A stretch of DNA of 63,829 bases, filler included, from Octopus bimaculoides (lineage: Eukaryota): assembly GCF_001194135.2 (NCBI RefSeq). It is 6 parts of 6 records of this genome, joined end to end, with 100 filler letters (N's around TTAATTAATTAA, not from the genome) between each part and the next. Parts side by side here need not be neighbours in the genome. Positions count along the whole stretch, not along the records: positions 1 to 25,555 come from NC_068997.1; positions 25,656 to 32,220 come from NC_068983.1; 4 more parts are not named here. One strand, 5' to 3'. Under the pieces are notes generated by a model. The model had not been told where the DNA came from. It was given only the letters and a program-made list of their open reading frames with translations, and ran no database searches. Below are positions 13,540 to 27,006 of this stretch, piece after piece. Within the stretch, counting starts at the first letter, position 1. Each line of letters begins with the position of its first letter. The position numbers were made by a program, and so were the translations under genes.

Positions 13540-13745
13540 TATTTGTTTCAGTCATTTGACTGCGGCCATGTCGAAAAAATTTAGTCATTAGTCGAACAAA
13601 TTGACCCCAGGACTTATTCTTTCTAAGCCTAGTACTTACTCTATCGTCACTTTTGTCGAACCGCTAAGTTACGGGGACGTAAACACACCAGCATCGGTTG
13701 TCAAGCGATGTTGAGGGAAGAAACACAGACACACAAACATACACA

Positions 13746-13783
<38 letters not shown>

Positions 13784-13925
13784 CAACGGGATTCTTTCAG
13801 TTTCCGTCTACCAAATCCATTCACAAGGCTTTGGTCAGCCCGAGGCTATAGTAGAAGACACTTGCCCAAGGTGCTACGCATTGGGACCATGTGGTTGGTA
13901 AGCATGCAACTTACCACACAGCCAC
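13540..13925 (-). mobile_element. Abundant tRNA-derived SINE (representative copy)
   Basis: Reverse complement of the tgtggtaag..ggttc..cccact head, an internal (CA/TA)n, and the tail ggcggtgctccagcatggccgcagtcaaatgactgaaacaagtaaaa. Further copies or fragments at about 610-950, 2925-3300, 23440-23840, 24920-25280, 38650-39180, 40830-41250, 41650-42000, 45920-46080, 46520-46740, 47470-47620 and 50040-50260. Confidence 0.85.
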
Positions 13926-14294
13926 TCCTGCGTCTATATATACATATGAACACAAATGGGTTGCGGTTCACTACAGCTGTTTCAGGTGAATAAAGATAAC
14001 TGAGAAGTTCTAATTGTTAGATTTTTATCTTTATTTACCTGAAGAAGCGTTATTTTTCATGAGGTAACAGTTTTGTTCATTAACAGAGAATACGTCTGGA
14101 ACAGTTGAAACTCCTATTAAGAAAAAAACTTTACCTATTATTAATTCAGAGTTGACATCAGTTCTCAAACAAAGTTAGAAATCATTGATTCCTTATTCTG
14201 CGCTGGAGTGTATTCGGTTATTAAAATAATAACCGATAAATATTAATAGTAATAATAAACACTAGGATTTAAATACAAATTGAGTTTAATATAC

Positions 14295-14384
14295 CTTTGA
14301 CCATTTACTATTTGGATTTCCTTTAACACGCCAATAAACCACATAGCCAATACCATTAGCACATTGCTCTTCGGGGGGTAATGG
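14295..14384 (-). CDS. CNTN: Contactin-like cell adhesion protein, internal exon (FN3 repeat)
   Basis: ttttttgcag acceptor and gtatat donor; 90 nt, phase 0/0; PLPPEEQCANGIGYVVYWRVKGNPNSKWSK matches the contactin FN3 pattern PLxxxEQxxxGxxYxVxWR; joins in frame to the 2810 exon. Confidence 0.85.
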
Positions 14385-14760
14385 CTGCAAAAAAGAAAAA
14401 AGAAAAAAGGAGAAATAACGAATGTCAAAAAGAACAAATACTTCCTTGAAGAGCTAACATAAATATGAGGTTGCTAAGCAAACCAATGATATTCATGAAA
14501 CAATAGGCATATTAATGCATAATAACATTAATAACCTTCATTCACAGACGCACATACATAGCTGTGGTGTGGATAAATAATTTATATGCATATACATACT
14601 ATATAGGCGCAAGCATGGTTAAATAATTAAGGAGTTGGCTTCACAACCTCTTGGTTATAGGCTCGATTCTAAAGCGTTCTACCTTGAGCAAGTATCTTCA
14701 GGTATCACCTTTAGATTGACGAATACTTCTTGAGTGGAACTTCAGAAATAGTAACAGTAA

Positions 14761-14797
<37 letters not shown>

Positions 14798-15558
14798 NNN
14801 NNNNNNNNNNNNNNNNNNNNNNNNNNNNNNNNNNNNNNNNNNNNNNNNNNNNNNNNNNNNNNNNNNNNNNNNNNNNNNNNNNNNNNNNNNNNNNNNNNNN
14901 NNNNNNNNNNNNNNNNNNNNNNNNNNNNNNNNNNNNNNNNNNNNNNNNNNNNNNNNNNNNNNNNNNNNNNNNNNNNNNNNNNNNNNNNNNNNNNNNNNNN
15001 NNNNNNNNNNNNNNNNNNNNNNNNNNNNNNNNNNNNNNNNNNNNNNNNNNNNNNNNNNNNNNNNNNNNNNNNNNNNNNNNNNNNNNNNNNNNNNNNNNNN
15101 NNNNNNNNNNNNNNNNNNNNNNNNNNNNNNNNNNNNNNNNNNNNNNNNNNNNNNNNNNNNNNNNNNNNNNNNNNNNNNNNNNNNNNNNNNNNNNNNNNNN
15201 NNNNNNNNNNNNNNNNNNNNNNNNNNNNNNNNNNNNNNNNNNNNNNNNNNNNNNNNNNNNNNNNNNNNNNNNNNNNNNNNNNNNNNNNNNNNNNNNNNNN
15301 NNNNNNNNNNNNNNNNNNNNNNNNNNNNNNNNNNNNNNNNNNNNNNNNNNNNNNNNNNNNNNNNNNNNNNNNNNNNNNNNNNNNNNNNNNNNNNNNNNNN
15401 NNNNNNNNNNNNNNNNNNCCGAATGACCCATCCTTGTTTTTTCTTGTCCCTTTTTTGTATCATCTAATTGTCTGGAGGTTTTGCGTTCTTGTCCCATTTT
15501 TTAAAATTCCTTTTTATATACATATGGCGGCGTGCGTACACTTTGGTTTCTTATATGT

Positions 15559-15623
<65 letters not shown>

Positions 15624-17051
15624 CACACACTTATGTATTTGTGTTTTTGTGTCTGTGTTTTTCATCCACTACCGATTGACAGCTGGTAGTGGTGTGTTTA
15701 CGTCTCCATAACTTAGCAGTTCTGCAAAAGAAACCGACAGAAAAAGCATCAGGCTTTAAAGAATAAGTTCTGGTGTCAATTTGTTTGACTAAAACCCTTC
15801 AAAGCGATGCCCCAGCATGGCCGCAGTCATATCACTGAAACAAGTAAGAGATGAAAGATACATATACAGGGTGCGTAAGGTAAATGCATATCATTTTGGG
15901 GTAATTGCTGCATTTTTGCTAACTCTTTATAATCTTTATTTCAGAAAATAACATGTATATTAAAACTCACACATACACACTTACACGCATGTACGCACAT
16001 ACACAAGCACACACACTGCACACACACATACACACATACATACATATACACGCATGCATATACGTACATTCATATTCATATATATATATATACATTACTA
16101 GAAATAAGAGTCAAAGGCCCTTATAGCCACAGACATATACAGCAAACGAGGGTACTATATTGGCATGTCAATTTCGCTTGAAATTAAAGCTTATTAGTTG
16201 CACTACTCCATCGCTTGTAGATAATCCTCCTGTCAGAATATCGATATAACCATAAGAATCAATGGAAAATTCAGTAAAATGGTAACGTGAAAATTATAGA
16301 ATGATAAAGATACCACAATGCACCTTCAGTCACTATTGTCTTCCTTTTTGGTTTTATATTGCGTCTAGTCATATTCCACATTACTTTTTATTCCAAGAAA
16401 TGCCGATCCGCTATACAGCATTTGAAATGCTTCATACTTTTCCTCAGTTATATATTCTTCGTTTTTTCTCCACAGGTCATAACTGGGAAAATTAAGCTTT
16501 GATTAACCTTTTCTTCTTTTCGCTTAAAATAGTTCGCTTCTTTTAATCAAGTTAGTTTTAGTCAATACTGATTTAGCCATTTTCCGTTTGATTTCTTTTA
16601 TGCAGCTATCGACCTTAATAAGCTCTAAGACAATTAAATGATTTTACTATTTCCATTATTTCATTCTGTATGATAATATTGTTGGGATTTTTTCATTGGC
16701 CGTTGATCGACAAAAAGAATTGCTTTGAAGCTAGTATTAGCTCACAATAAAAAAGTCAGGTGACGTTCTTCTTCTGCAATTAACGTGTCGCCATAGACAT
16801 GTTTAAAGTTCTGAATTTCTCTTCTGCCAATATCTATACCAATTTAATTTCATTCAGTTTTGCTTTTCTTACAAATATTTCCCTAATATGTAGAGATTCA
16901 GTATACACACTGGTCAGACACTTTTCTTGATCTAAAAAAATTGCATTTTCATATCATTCTTGCTGTATATTGTTTAATACCAGAAGCTGCACATATGTTT
17001 AAAATGGTGTAACTATAAGAAAAGACAGACACGCGCGCGCACACACCACAA

Positions 17052-17135
<84 letters not shown>

Positions 17136-18623
17136 ACATACTGCAATACAGAAATATAAATATATATCTGAATGTATATTTAACATCAAAATATGCACCC
17201 TGAATAGATTTGTAACTATTTTACTCTTTTATCTACAGTAAATATATTTGCTACATTAACACAAAGAAATATTTTTACTTGTAAATACATATATAAATTT
17301 TGGCATATTCTCGAAACGCTTGAGTTCTAGTGGAATTTCGATTACAAGTAGAGAAGTGCCAGTATCCAGCTGTTCTTCGCGTGTTATATGATAACATACC
17401 ATTCCTACGCTTGCAAAGAAGTAATATGATATAGAAAATGCTTAGTTAGCTCTCCATCCATATCTCATTACAGATACAAGCGACCTAGATTCATAGAAAA
17501 ATCTCGAAGATATAAGAAATGTCTTTTGTGTTTTCTATGTGTTTTTTTTTACCTGTTTATTTGTAGTGATTTTAATTGTTGTCTGATGACAGAAATTTCA
17601 ACGATATGGAGGCAAAAAGTAGTATAGAAAAAGGAAAAGTATGCGAAGTTTACAGATCAAGTTTTGTCTCAGAATCAGGGGAGATACAAATATCACTGCG
17701 AATACGAAACCCTGCATTTACAACATAATTAATATACGTTAGAATTATTTTTAGAGGATTCATATAAACGTAGAATTACTTTTAGTTGTTCATAAAAGTC
17801 ACTGAAAATTCTTTCACAATAACTTTGAAATTACTTTTAAAAGTAAGGTATACACACACCTACACACCTATGTATGTATGTATGTATGTATGTATGTATG
17901 TATGTATGTATGTATGTATGCATGTGTATGTGTGTATGCATGTATGAATGTATGTATGTAAGTATGTATGTATGTATGTATGTATTGTTATATACCGGGA
18001 TGGCCATTCTTCTTTTTTTGTTGCCAAATAAACACACGCCCTGTATAATCTTCAGTCGTTTATTACTGTTCTTATTTTATTTTATGTTCATCGTCCGGAA
18101 ATCTTGCGTTACATCTGTGACTTCTTCAGTGACCCTTTCTGTCCATGTGTATCCTCCTGCTCCGCTTAATCCATAATATGTGTGTGTATGTATGTATATA
18201 TATATATATATATATNNNNNNNNNNNNNNNNNNNNNNNNNNNNNNNNNNNNNNNNNNNNNNNNNNNNNNNNNNNNNNNNNNNNNNNNNNNNNNNNNNNNN
18301 NNNNNNNNNNNNNNNNNNNNNNNNNNNNNNNNNNNNNNNNNNNNNNNNNNNNNNNNNNNNNNNNNNNNNNNNNNNNNNNNNNNNNNNNNNNNNNNNNNNN
18401 NNNNNNNNNNNNNNNNNNNNNNNNNNNNNNNNNNNNNNNNNNNNNNNNNNNNNNNNNNNNNNNNNNNNNNNNNNNNNNNNNNNNNNNNNNNNNNNNNNNN
18501 NNNNNNNNNNNNNNNNNNNNNNNNNNNNNNNNNNNNNNNNNNNNNNNNNNNNNNNNNNNNNNNNNNNNNNNNNNNNNNNNNNNNNNNNNNNNNNNNNNNN
18601 NNNNNNNNNNNNNNNNNNNNNNN

Positions 18624-18658
<35 letters not shown>

Positions 18659-19079
18659 TATACATACATATATATACATATATACATATACATATATATG
18701 CACGCACATACACACACACACACGCACATATATATATATATATGTATGCACACATATATATGTAATACAAATAATAAATGAGTATATGCATATATACGTA
18801 CATGTATGTACATACCTACATCTACATGTGTATATAGATGCATGTCTGGATACAGGACGTTGCAAACAAAACGTGGACAAAATGATAAACAGAATACAGA
18901 AAATACACAGGCCACATAGAGAACATTTCCTTCATCAGCTGCCACAATTCTAAAACTAAGCGTAAGATTTTATCAAGTAGCCAGCGTGCAAAACCAATTG
19001 AGGAAAAAAATTAATACAAAGTATTTAGAATCCCCTACAGCGTGTGGCATTACTTATAATAATAACCCATCATATAATA

Positions 19080-19120
<41 letters not shown>

Positions 19121-20645
19121 CATAGAAAAGCTGAGAAATTTCACATGCTTAAATATGTACTTAAAACAAAAAGGAGAAAGAAAATTGTTTTTCATGAAAA
19201 ACTGGGGAAAATATTTTTCTTTTCATCAAAAGATGTTACGAGTTTCAAATGTCTAGACGATATGGTGATGTAGAAAGAAAAATGGGAAGTGAATGAAATT
19301 AAATGACTATTTCACGATAACTGTTTTGCAAGTTTACATGATTTTATTATAAAATTTACATGGTAACGTCGTTGGTCTCCTACTTATATCTATAAGTAAT
19401 ATAATATAATAGCAATAGTATTAGCAGCACCAGTAGCAGTTGTAATAGTCTATTGTGCCTTATCGGCAGTTTTGATATTAAAGTGTGGTTCAAAGCGACA
19501 AGCTGGTAGAATCATTAACATGCCGGGCAACATACCTAGCGTCATTTCGTCTGTCTCCACGTTCTGAGTTCAAATTTCGTAGTAGTAGTAGTAGTAGTAG
19601 TAATCCTTTCCCTCCCATAGTTGTTCATAAGTAATCAATATTTTGCCATTAAATAAGGCAGCGAGCTGGCAGAGTCGGGCAAAAAACTTTACGTTCTGAG
19701 TTCAAATGCCACTGAAGTCGTCTTTACTTTTCATCTCTTTCGGAGTCAATAAAATAAACATCAATTCATCACTGGGATCGATGTTATCGACTTACCCTCT
19801 CCCACAAACTTGCTGACCTTGTGCCAAAATTTGAAACCGATATGTGATTTCTTTATTAATGCATTGCTCTTGCAATGTGTCATCCGCAAATTGATATAAG
19901 ATCGTAAAATTGAGTTGTTTCTTACCACTACACGTATCTATGTGTGTACTGAGCCCTATTTGGCTGTACTCCGGCGTTCGAATTTGTGATCTATTCAGGT
20001 ATACTGTTTTCTTCACCTCATGAACATTTTTATTGCATAAATTAAGTTTACGGATTTCCAAGTACTCTTTTTAATTATTATCTTGAAGGATTGGCCTTAT
20101 ATATAAGGATCACTTTTTCCTGTTGAGAGATTTATGCATATATCACCGTTAGATCGTCTGCAATTTTTTTCTTTTCTTTTTTGCTGTTGCTTCAGTTGAT
20201 ATTAGTTAAGAGTTAAGCATTTGATGATATCTCTTTGTTTGTTTAGATATCAATTTTCTTTGTTCGTGGTATTTCATTATTTGGTAATGATGGTAGATAA
20301 AGTCTGTGAAGGCGTCTATTCTCAAACTCTTAAAGTCGGATGTCACGGATGTTTCCATTGGTTACAATTGCGCATATTTTTTGGCAAGATTATTACGAAC
20401 GTTTACATCGGTGTACCACGGATGCTATGAATTTTCATGATAAACTCGTCAAAGTATTTTCTCTTTTGTCTAACACAAACACATACACACACATACATGC
20501 ACATATACGAAGGGCTTCTCTTAGTTTCACTTTACAAAATTCACTCACAAGGATTTTGTCGGTCCGGTGATATAATAGAAGATACTTGCAGTGGGACTTC
20601 ACACGGAAGCAAACTTCTTACCACCTAGCGACGCCTATATATATG

Positions 20646-20693
<48 letters not shown>

Positions 20694-22318
20694 TGTGTGT
20701 GTGTGTAGATAGATAGATAGATATATAGGTTATGAGAGGTAATGGTGTCAAGAAGACCCAGAGGTGTCAGGTAATGCTGTGTAAGTGCTATGGACAGACT
20801 ATAGTTAAGCTCCAGGTTCGGTGATTATGCGAATGAGGAGTCCAACGTAGGTCATATATCAGCATGCGTATGTATAAAAAAANNNNNNNNNNNNNNNNNN
20901 NNNNNNNNNNNNNNNNNNNNNNNNNNNNNNNNNNNNNNNNNNNNNNNNNNNNNNNNNNNNNNNNNNNNNNNNNNNNNNNNNNNNNNNNNNNNNNNNNNNN
21001 NNNNNNNNNNNNNNNNNNNNNNNNNNNNNNNNNNNNNNNNNNNNNNNNNNNNNNNNNNNNNNNNNNNNNNNNNNNNNNNNNNNNNNNNNNNNNNNNNNNN
21101 NNNNNNNNNNNNNNNNNNNNNNNNNNNNNNNNNNNNNNNNNNNNNNNNNNNNNNNNNNNNNNNNNNNNNNNNNNNNNNNNNNNNNNNNNNNNNNNNNNNN
21201 NNNNNNNNNNNNNNNNNNNNNNNNNNNNNNNNNNNNNNNNNNNNNNNNNNNNNNNNNNNNNNNNNNNNNNNNNNNNNNNNNNNNNNNNNNNNNNNNNNNN
21301 NNNNNNNNNNNNNNNNNNNNNNNNNNNNNNNNNNNNNNNNNNNNNNNNNNNNNNNNNNNNNNNNNNNNNNNNNNNNNNNNNNNNNNNNNNNNNNNNNNNN
21401 NNNNNNNNNNNNNNNNNNNNNNNNNNNNNNNTATATATATCTGTAAAAATATGTGACAATTATTCAGTAGCCATGATAAAACTCCGAGTTTCGGATGCCG
21501 GGGCGGAAACCCACGCCACCATCTCTTCAGTTATCTGGCCGTTGAAAATTGCAATGAAAATTACCGCTAAGTAAGGGGAGGGAGTAAAGGTAAGGGAGTA
21601 GAAATGTTCATAGTAATCGCGTAAGCGCACCAGTCCCTACATACACATGCGCACTCGCATACCCACACATTCGCCAAAATATATATGACGTTACTGAGTT
21701 TTTCACATTCATCTTTTAATTTGTTCTTTTATATTAAACTTTGTTCGCACATTAATTCATATTTTGCCACCTTTTTCATTGCTTCTTTACTCTCTCTGTT
21801 TCCTATTCTCACTTTTTTCATTTCTTTTCGTCTCCTCTCTCACTTTGAACCATAACTTCCATATATTACGTCTAGAAGTTTTTCAAGCATTAAAGGGAAA
21901 CAACTTCTATTTCAATTGTTAGGATTTGCGCCTGAATTATTTCCACGCCAGCATGTACTGTCCACCAAAACTCTAGTTTTTCTCGTATTCTAGGTTAGTC
22001 CGCCACATTATTTTCCTGACAATTGCTTAGTTAATTAGTTAATAAGTATTTCATTAGGTGCGAAACACGAGAAAAACAATGTACTTGACAATTGCTTACT
22101 TAAGTATTTTATATGGTACGAAACTCAAGAAATACACTATATTTTTTTTATTGAGTACTTACTGTATAACAATTTATATGCTTCGTACTATGTATTGGCT
22201 ATACTATGTTTCTTTCGAATTATTCTCTAATATAGTCTTTATCTTATTGCCTTATTTGCTTCAGTTTATAGACTGCGGTCATGTTGCAGCAGCTTGGAAA
22301 GTTTAGTCAGTGAAAATT

Positions 22319-22558
22319 GGCGATCTTTCGTTTTGATTACATTTTACGTCATTTCCCACGTGCGTTTGTTTATGTTTCTGAACAAGATCGTCACGTTCCG
22401 TAAAAGGGTTAGGGTTAGGGAATTCCGTCCCTAACCCCAACCGTAACCCTAACCATAACCCTAACCGTAACCGTAACCCTAAAACCCTTTTACGGAAACA
22501 TAAACAAACGCACGTGGATTAGAAATGACGTAAAATGTAATCAAAACGAAAGATAGCC
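22319..22558. mobile_element. 240-bp palindromic MITE with internal inverted telomere-like repeats
   Basis: Arms ggcgatctttcgttttgattacattttacgtcatt... / ...aatgacgtaaaatgtaatcaaaacgaaagatagcc; inner gggttagggttaggg facing degenerate (ccctaa)n. Confidence 0.85.
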
Positions 22559-22648
22559 CTTGTCTAGCACGGAAAGACAACAGGAAAACGCCCATCCACT
22601 AACAAATACACAAACACAGACACGGGCATAGACAGACAGATACACACA

Positions 22649-22692
<44 letters not shown>

Positions 22693-22984
22693 TGTGTGTG
22701 TGTGTGTGTCTTGCATGATATTTGATGTGAATTCGTGTGTTGAAAAATATATTGTTGTATTTGGGGATGGTCATGTTGCCAGTTTAGCCAATGAACACAC
22801 ACACACATACACTATATATTTGGTGTTCATTTACTTCAGCTTTATTTTATATTAATTGCATTTCGGCCAGAGTTTTATTGTCACACTTCTGTGACCTCGT
22901 CAGTGGTCCTTTGCTTTCTTCTTTCTTTTTTGTGTAGATGTAGATTTAGCCCACAAACACACTGTAAAGCTAGGAATGTAGTTT

Positions 22985-23290
22985 ATAGTATAAGATGTAT
23001 AGAGGGGAGTCAGCACGGAGCATAGGAGAGCGGGTAAATGTACATTGGAGGGAACTTAAGGAAGAGAAGAGCTCATCCGATCTGTACCAGCACGCCAAGC
23101 AGGAACACGGGTCTCACTCAATAACATAGAAGTTAAAATCTTGTCCACACATAGAAGAGACGCAACGCTTAGACACATTACGGAAGCTGCACACATAATT
23201 GAAGATAAACTTAGCTTGAATAGGAAACTAGAATGGAACACTAGCACACACTCCCAACACACCACAACCTATGACAGAATAAGATCCCCA
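22985..23290 (+). mobile_element. Penelope-like element, GIY-YIG endonuclease fragment
   Basis: MYRGESARSIGERVNVHWREL...LYQHAKQEH, then after a frameshift VKILSTHRRDATLRHITEAAHII. Confidence 0.65.
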
Positions 23291-23371
23291 CAAACTGATA
23301 ATAATATGAATATAATACAATGCACAGATAAATAAATGGAATTAAATAAGCAAATAAATTAAATTTGATCC

Positions 23372-23418
<47 letters not shown>

Positions 23419-23843
23419 TATAAACATACATTCGTTTATTCTTTTCCTCGTTTCACTCATCTGACTGCGGCCATGCTGGAGCACCGAATTTAGTCGGACA
23501 AATCGATCCCAGGATTTGTTCTTTGTATGCCTAGTACTTATTCTATCGATCTCTTTGCCGAACCGCTAGGTTACAGGGACGTAAACACACTAACATCAGT
23601 TGTCAAGCGATGGTGGGAGGGACAAACACAGTCACTGGCGTGGGTTCCCACCCCGGCATCCGAAACTCGGAGTTCTATCATGGCTACCGAATAAGTGTCA
23701 CATATTTTTACACTTATATATATATCTATCTATATATATATGTATACACGACTGGCTTCTTTCAGTTTCCGTCTACAAAATCCACTAACAAGACCTTGGT
23801 CGGTCAGAGGCTAAGTGGAAAACACTTGCCCAAGATGCCATGT

Positions 23844-23886
<43 letters not shown>

Positions 23887-24299
23887 NNNNNNNNNNNNNN
23901 NNNNNNNNNNNNNNNNNNNNNNNNNNNNNNNNNNNNNNNNNNNNNNNNNNNNNNNNNNNNNNNNNNNNNNNNNNNNNNNNNNNNNNNNNNNNNNNNNNNN
24001 NNNNNNNNNNNNNNNNNNNNNNNNNNNNNNNNNNNNNNNNNNNNNNNNNNNNNNNNNNNNNNNNNNNNNNNNNNNNNNNNNNNNNNNNNNNNNNNNNNNN
24101 NNNNNNNNNNNNNNNNNNNNNNNNNNNNNNNNNNNNNNNNNNNNNNNNNNNNNNNNNNNNNNNNNNNNNNNNNNNNNNNNNNNNNNNNNNNNNNNNNATA
24201 TATATATATATATATATATATACAATCTTTTTAAGTAATTTTATTTTCATTCATGTTGGACCCCTCTTATTTGTCCACGACAGCTCTTTTCCAATTCGG

Positions 24300-24490
24300 C
24301 AGCAATCATTTTTTTTACCTCCATCTCCAAGAGGGAGCAATCGTTTAGCTGAGCTTAAAGAACACATTCAGTTAGCAGTGCAGGAACGAACTCCTGAAAT
24401 GCTTCAAAGTGTTTTTCACAACGCTAAAGAGAGATTTGAAGTATGCAGGGATAAAGACATGCTGAAAATTCTCAATAAAAGTTTGACGTA
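24300..24490 (+). mobile_element. Tc1/mariner-superfamily transposase C-terminal fragment
   Basis: LAELKEHIQLAVQERTPEMLQSVFHNAKERFEVC resembles Tc1-like C-termini. Confidence 0.5.
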
Positions 24491-25282
24491 AGATTTATAA
24501 GTCTATTTGTTTTTTAAATACAATTACTAATAATTTTTAAGTATAAAAATACAATAGAATTTTTTTAAATATCGAATGGCTATTGGGGTTCAGTAGAATT
24601 ACGTAGGAATCAAAAGAGTACATAAGCAAAAAATGGTTGAGAACCACTGGTGCACATGTTAGACTATTTCGTCAGTAGGTTTTCTAAAAGTTCAATCAAA
24701 ATAGCTCCACACACACTGGATTGCAGTGTGAATAGGTGAGTGTTATTAAAATACTTGGTGAAAACCTTAGGGCAAACTCAGCTTTACATTATATGACAAC
24801 ACTGCACCCTCTAGACATGTATAATCCATCTGAAATGCTTCTGGTCAATGCTCATTGACCCAGTGTCTACCCAGTGGAGGAGAAGATAGAAGATACTCAC
24901 CCAATATGGGCTTTATTATCTTTTACTTATTGCAGTCATTGGATTGCGGTGATACTGATGCATCGCCTCGAAGGCTGTTAGTCGAATGAATCGACCCCAA
25001 TACTTATTTTTTAAAAGCCCGGTACTTATTCTATCGGTCTCTTCTGTCGATCTACTAAGTTACGCGGACATAAACAAACCCACACGGGTTGTCAATCGAG
25101 TTTGGGGAGCACATATACAAACACACACATACATATATACATACATACACACACACACACACACGGGATTCTTGCAATTTCCGTCTAACAATAACACCCA
25201 CAAAGCGTTGGTTGTAGAAGAAAACACTTGCTCAAGGTGCCAAGAACCATGTGACCGGGAAGTAAGCTTTTTACCACACACA

Positions 25283-25330
<48 letters not shown>

Positions 25331-25555
25331 GATCGATCGATCGATCGATCTGTCTGTCTGTCTACAGGCTCACACCCACGAAGTTTTTCGTATGATGCAA
25401 ATAGAGCTCTAAAGATTTCATAAAATACTAGGTAAAAACCACCTTAGACAGGAAAAAGTGAATCGAGTCATCTATGGATATGAAGCCACACGTTAGCAGA
25501 AGACCGGGCGGCCATGATGCTGCTACACGAGAGAGGCTTGTTGATTTTTAATAGC

Positions 25556-25655
25556 NNNNNNNNNNNNNNNNNNNNNNNNNNNNNNNNNNNNNNNNNNNNT
25601 TAATTAATTAANNNNNNNNNNNNNNNNNNNNNNNNNNNNNNNNNNNNNNNNNNNN
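25556..25655. other. Artificial 100-nt spacer; identical spacers at 32221-32320, 35745-35844, 50633-50732 and 62727-62826
   Basis: Exactly 44 N + TTAATTAATTAA + 44 N in all five cases; the 12-mer places stop codons in all six frames. Confidence 0.95.
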
Positions 25656-26614
25656 TATATATATATCCTTGAAATTTGTTGCCTCTTTGAAACTTTTAAT
25701 TTTACAGCACAAGCACATAAGCTAACCATCATATCTGCCCGTTAACAGTTTCTTGACACTCATTCATGGTGATTGGAAGCATACATTTGTGAAAATCTTG
25801 TTTGATGATTTCATTTCCCGTTTTAAATTACAGAAAATTACGGTTGTATTCTTGTCTTGCATAAATATTTTGTTCATTCATTCATATTTTCCTTGCTTTT
25901 CAGGTTCTTTTTTTTTTTCTGATTTTTGTTTTCTGCTTCAGTCTTCCGTTTCAAATATCTGAAAATTACAATTCTATTTCTTTCTATCATTTCTGTAATT
26001 CAGTTTTCTTTCTTTTTTCTTGTCACTTCCTCCGTTTTCATGTTTACAAATATCGAAATATTGCCAGTAATGTTAAATCTTATATTTCAGGTCCGTTTTC
26101 AATATTCGTCGCCCTTTGAAGTTACATTTTCACTTCATTATCTTTTCAAACGAATGATCTCATTACATATGTTGTCCTACACTGAACAATTTGCACTCCT
26201 GATAAATATACTTTCTATATTCTCTGTTCTGTATTCTGGATTTAAGAATTACCACGTCTATACAAGAATCCTGTCACTTCACATTCTGTTTCCATGCAAT
26301 CAATTCCGTAAATATTTTCCAACATTTAATTAATTCAGTTTCCCTTGCCATAATGGTCATTCAACATGCTAGAAACAACAGCTTTATCCCTGTCAGATCA
26401 AAGCACTTCACAGGTCTTTTTATGAATGTATCACACTAACAGATGACTAAGTAGTTATTATATAAGATCCACATAATACAAAAATTTACACTTAGGGTTT
26501 TCAGAAATAAGCTTTCTATAACTTAATTAACATTCAGTTTTCTCAGACATCTTGCTCCTTTCACATTATATTGGCTTGCCAGTACCAACACATTTCTCCG
26601 AATTCTTTGAATAT

Positions 26615-26776
26615 ACATTATTTACATTTGACAGATATTTGTCCTCATCTTGTTTGTTGTTAACACAACGTTTCGGCTGATATACTCTCCAGCCTTCATC
26701 AGGTGTCTTAGGGAAATTTCGAACCTAGGTTCTCATTTCTAAGGTTTTTTCGACATGATTATTATTATTATTATTA

Positions 26777-26824
<48 letters not shown>

Positions 26825-27006
26825 TCACTGCCTGGAATTGAACTCGGAATCTTGGGTTTAGTAGCCTGCGTGCTTAACCACTACGTCATATACCCGATGA
26901 AAGCTGGAGGGTATATTAGCTGATACGTTGTGTTAATAACAAGCAAGATGAGGACAAATATCCGTCAAATGTAAATAGTTCCTCATCTCTTAAATATAGA
27001 ACTGTA
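26615..27006 (-). mobile_element. Non-autonomous Penelope pLTR derivative: tRNA-like head, (AAT)n, hammerhead and tail, plus an inverted partial pLTR, flanked by a TSD
   Basis: Minus-strand unit 26895 to 26615; inverted plus-strand copy 26893-27006; direct repeat ATTCTTTGAATAT at 26602-26614 and 27006-27018. Confidence 0.85.
26662..26707 (-). ncRNA. Minimal type I hammerhead ribozyme motif (family 1)
   Basis: GACAC-CUGAUGA-A-GGCUG(gagaguauau)CAGCC-GAAA-CG-UU-GUGUU: core intact, stem I GACAC/GUGUU, stem II GGCUG/CAGCC, palindromic AACGUU in place of stem III. Confidence 0.8.

Noticed and set aside
19925-20006. Minus-strand open stretch ending in a gtaag donor as a further contactin exon
   Set aside because: The peptide (VYLNRSQIRTPEYSQIGLSTHIDTCS) has no FN3 or Ig features and its phase does not match the 14384 acceptor.
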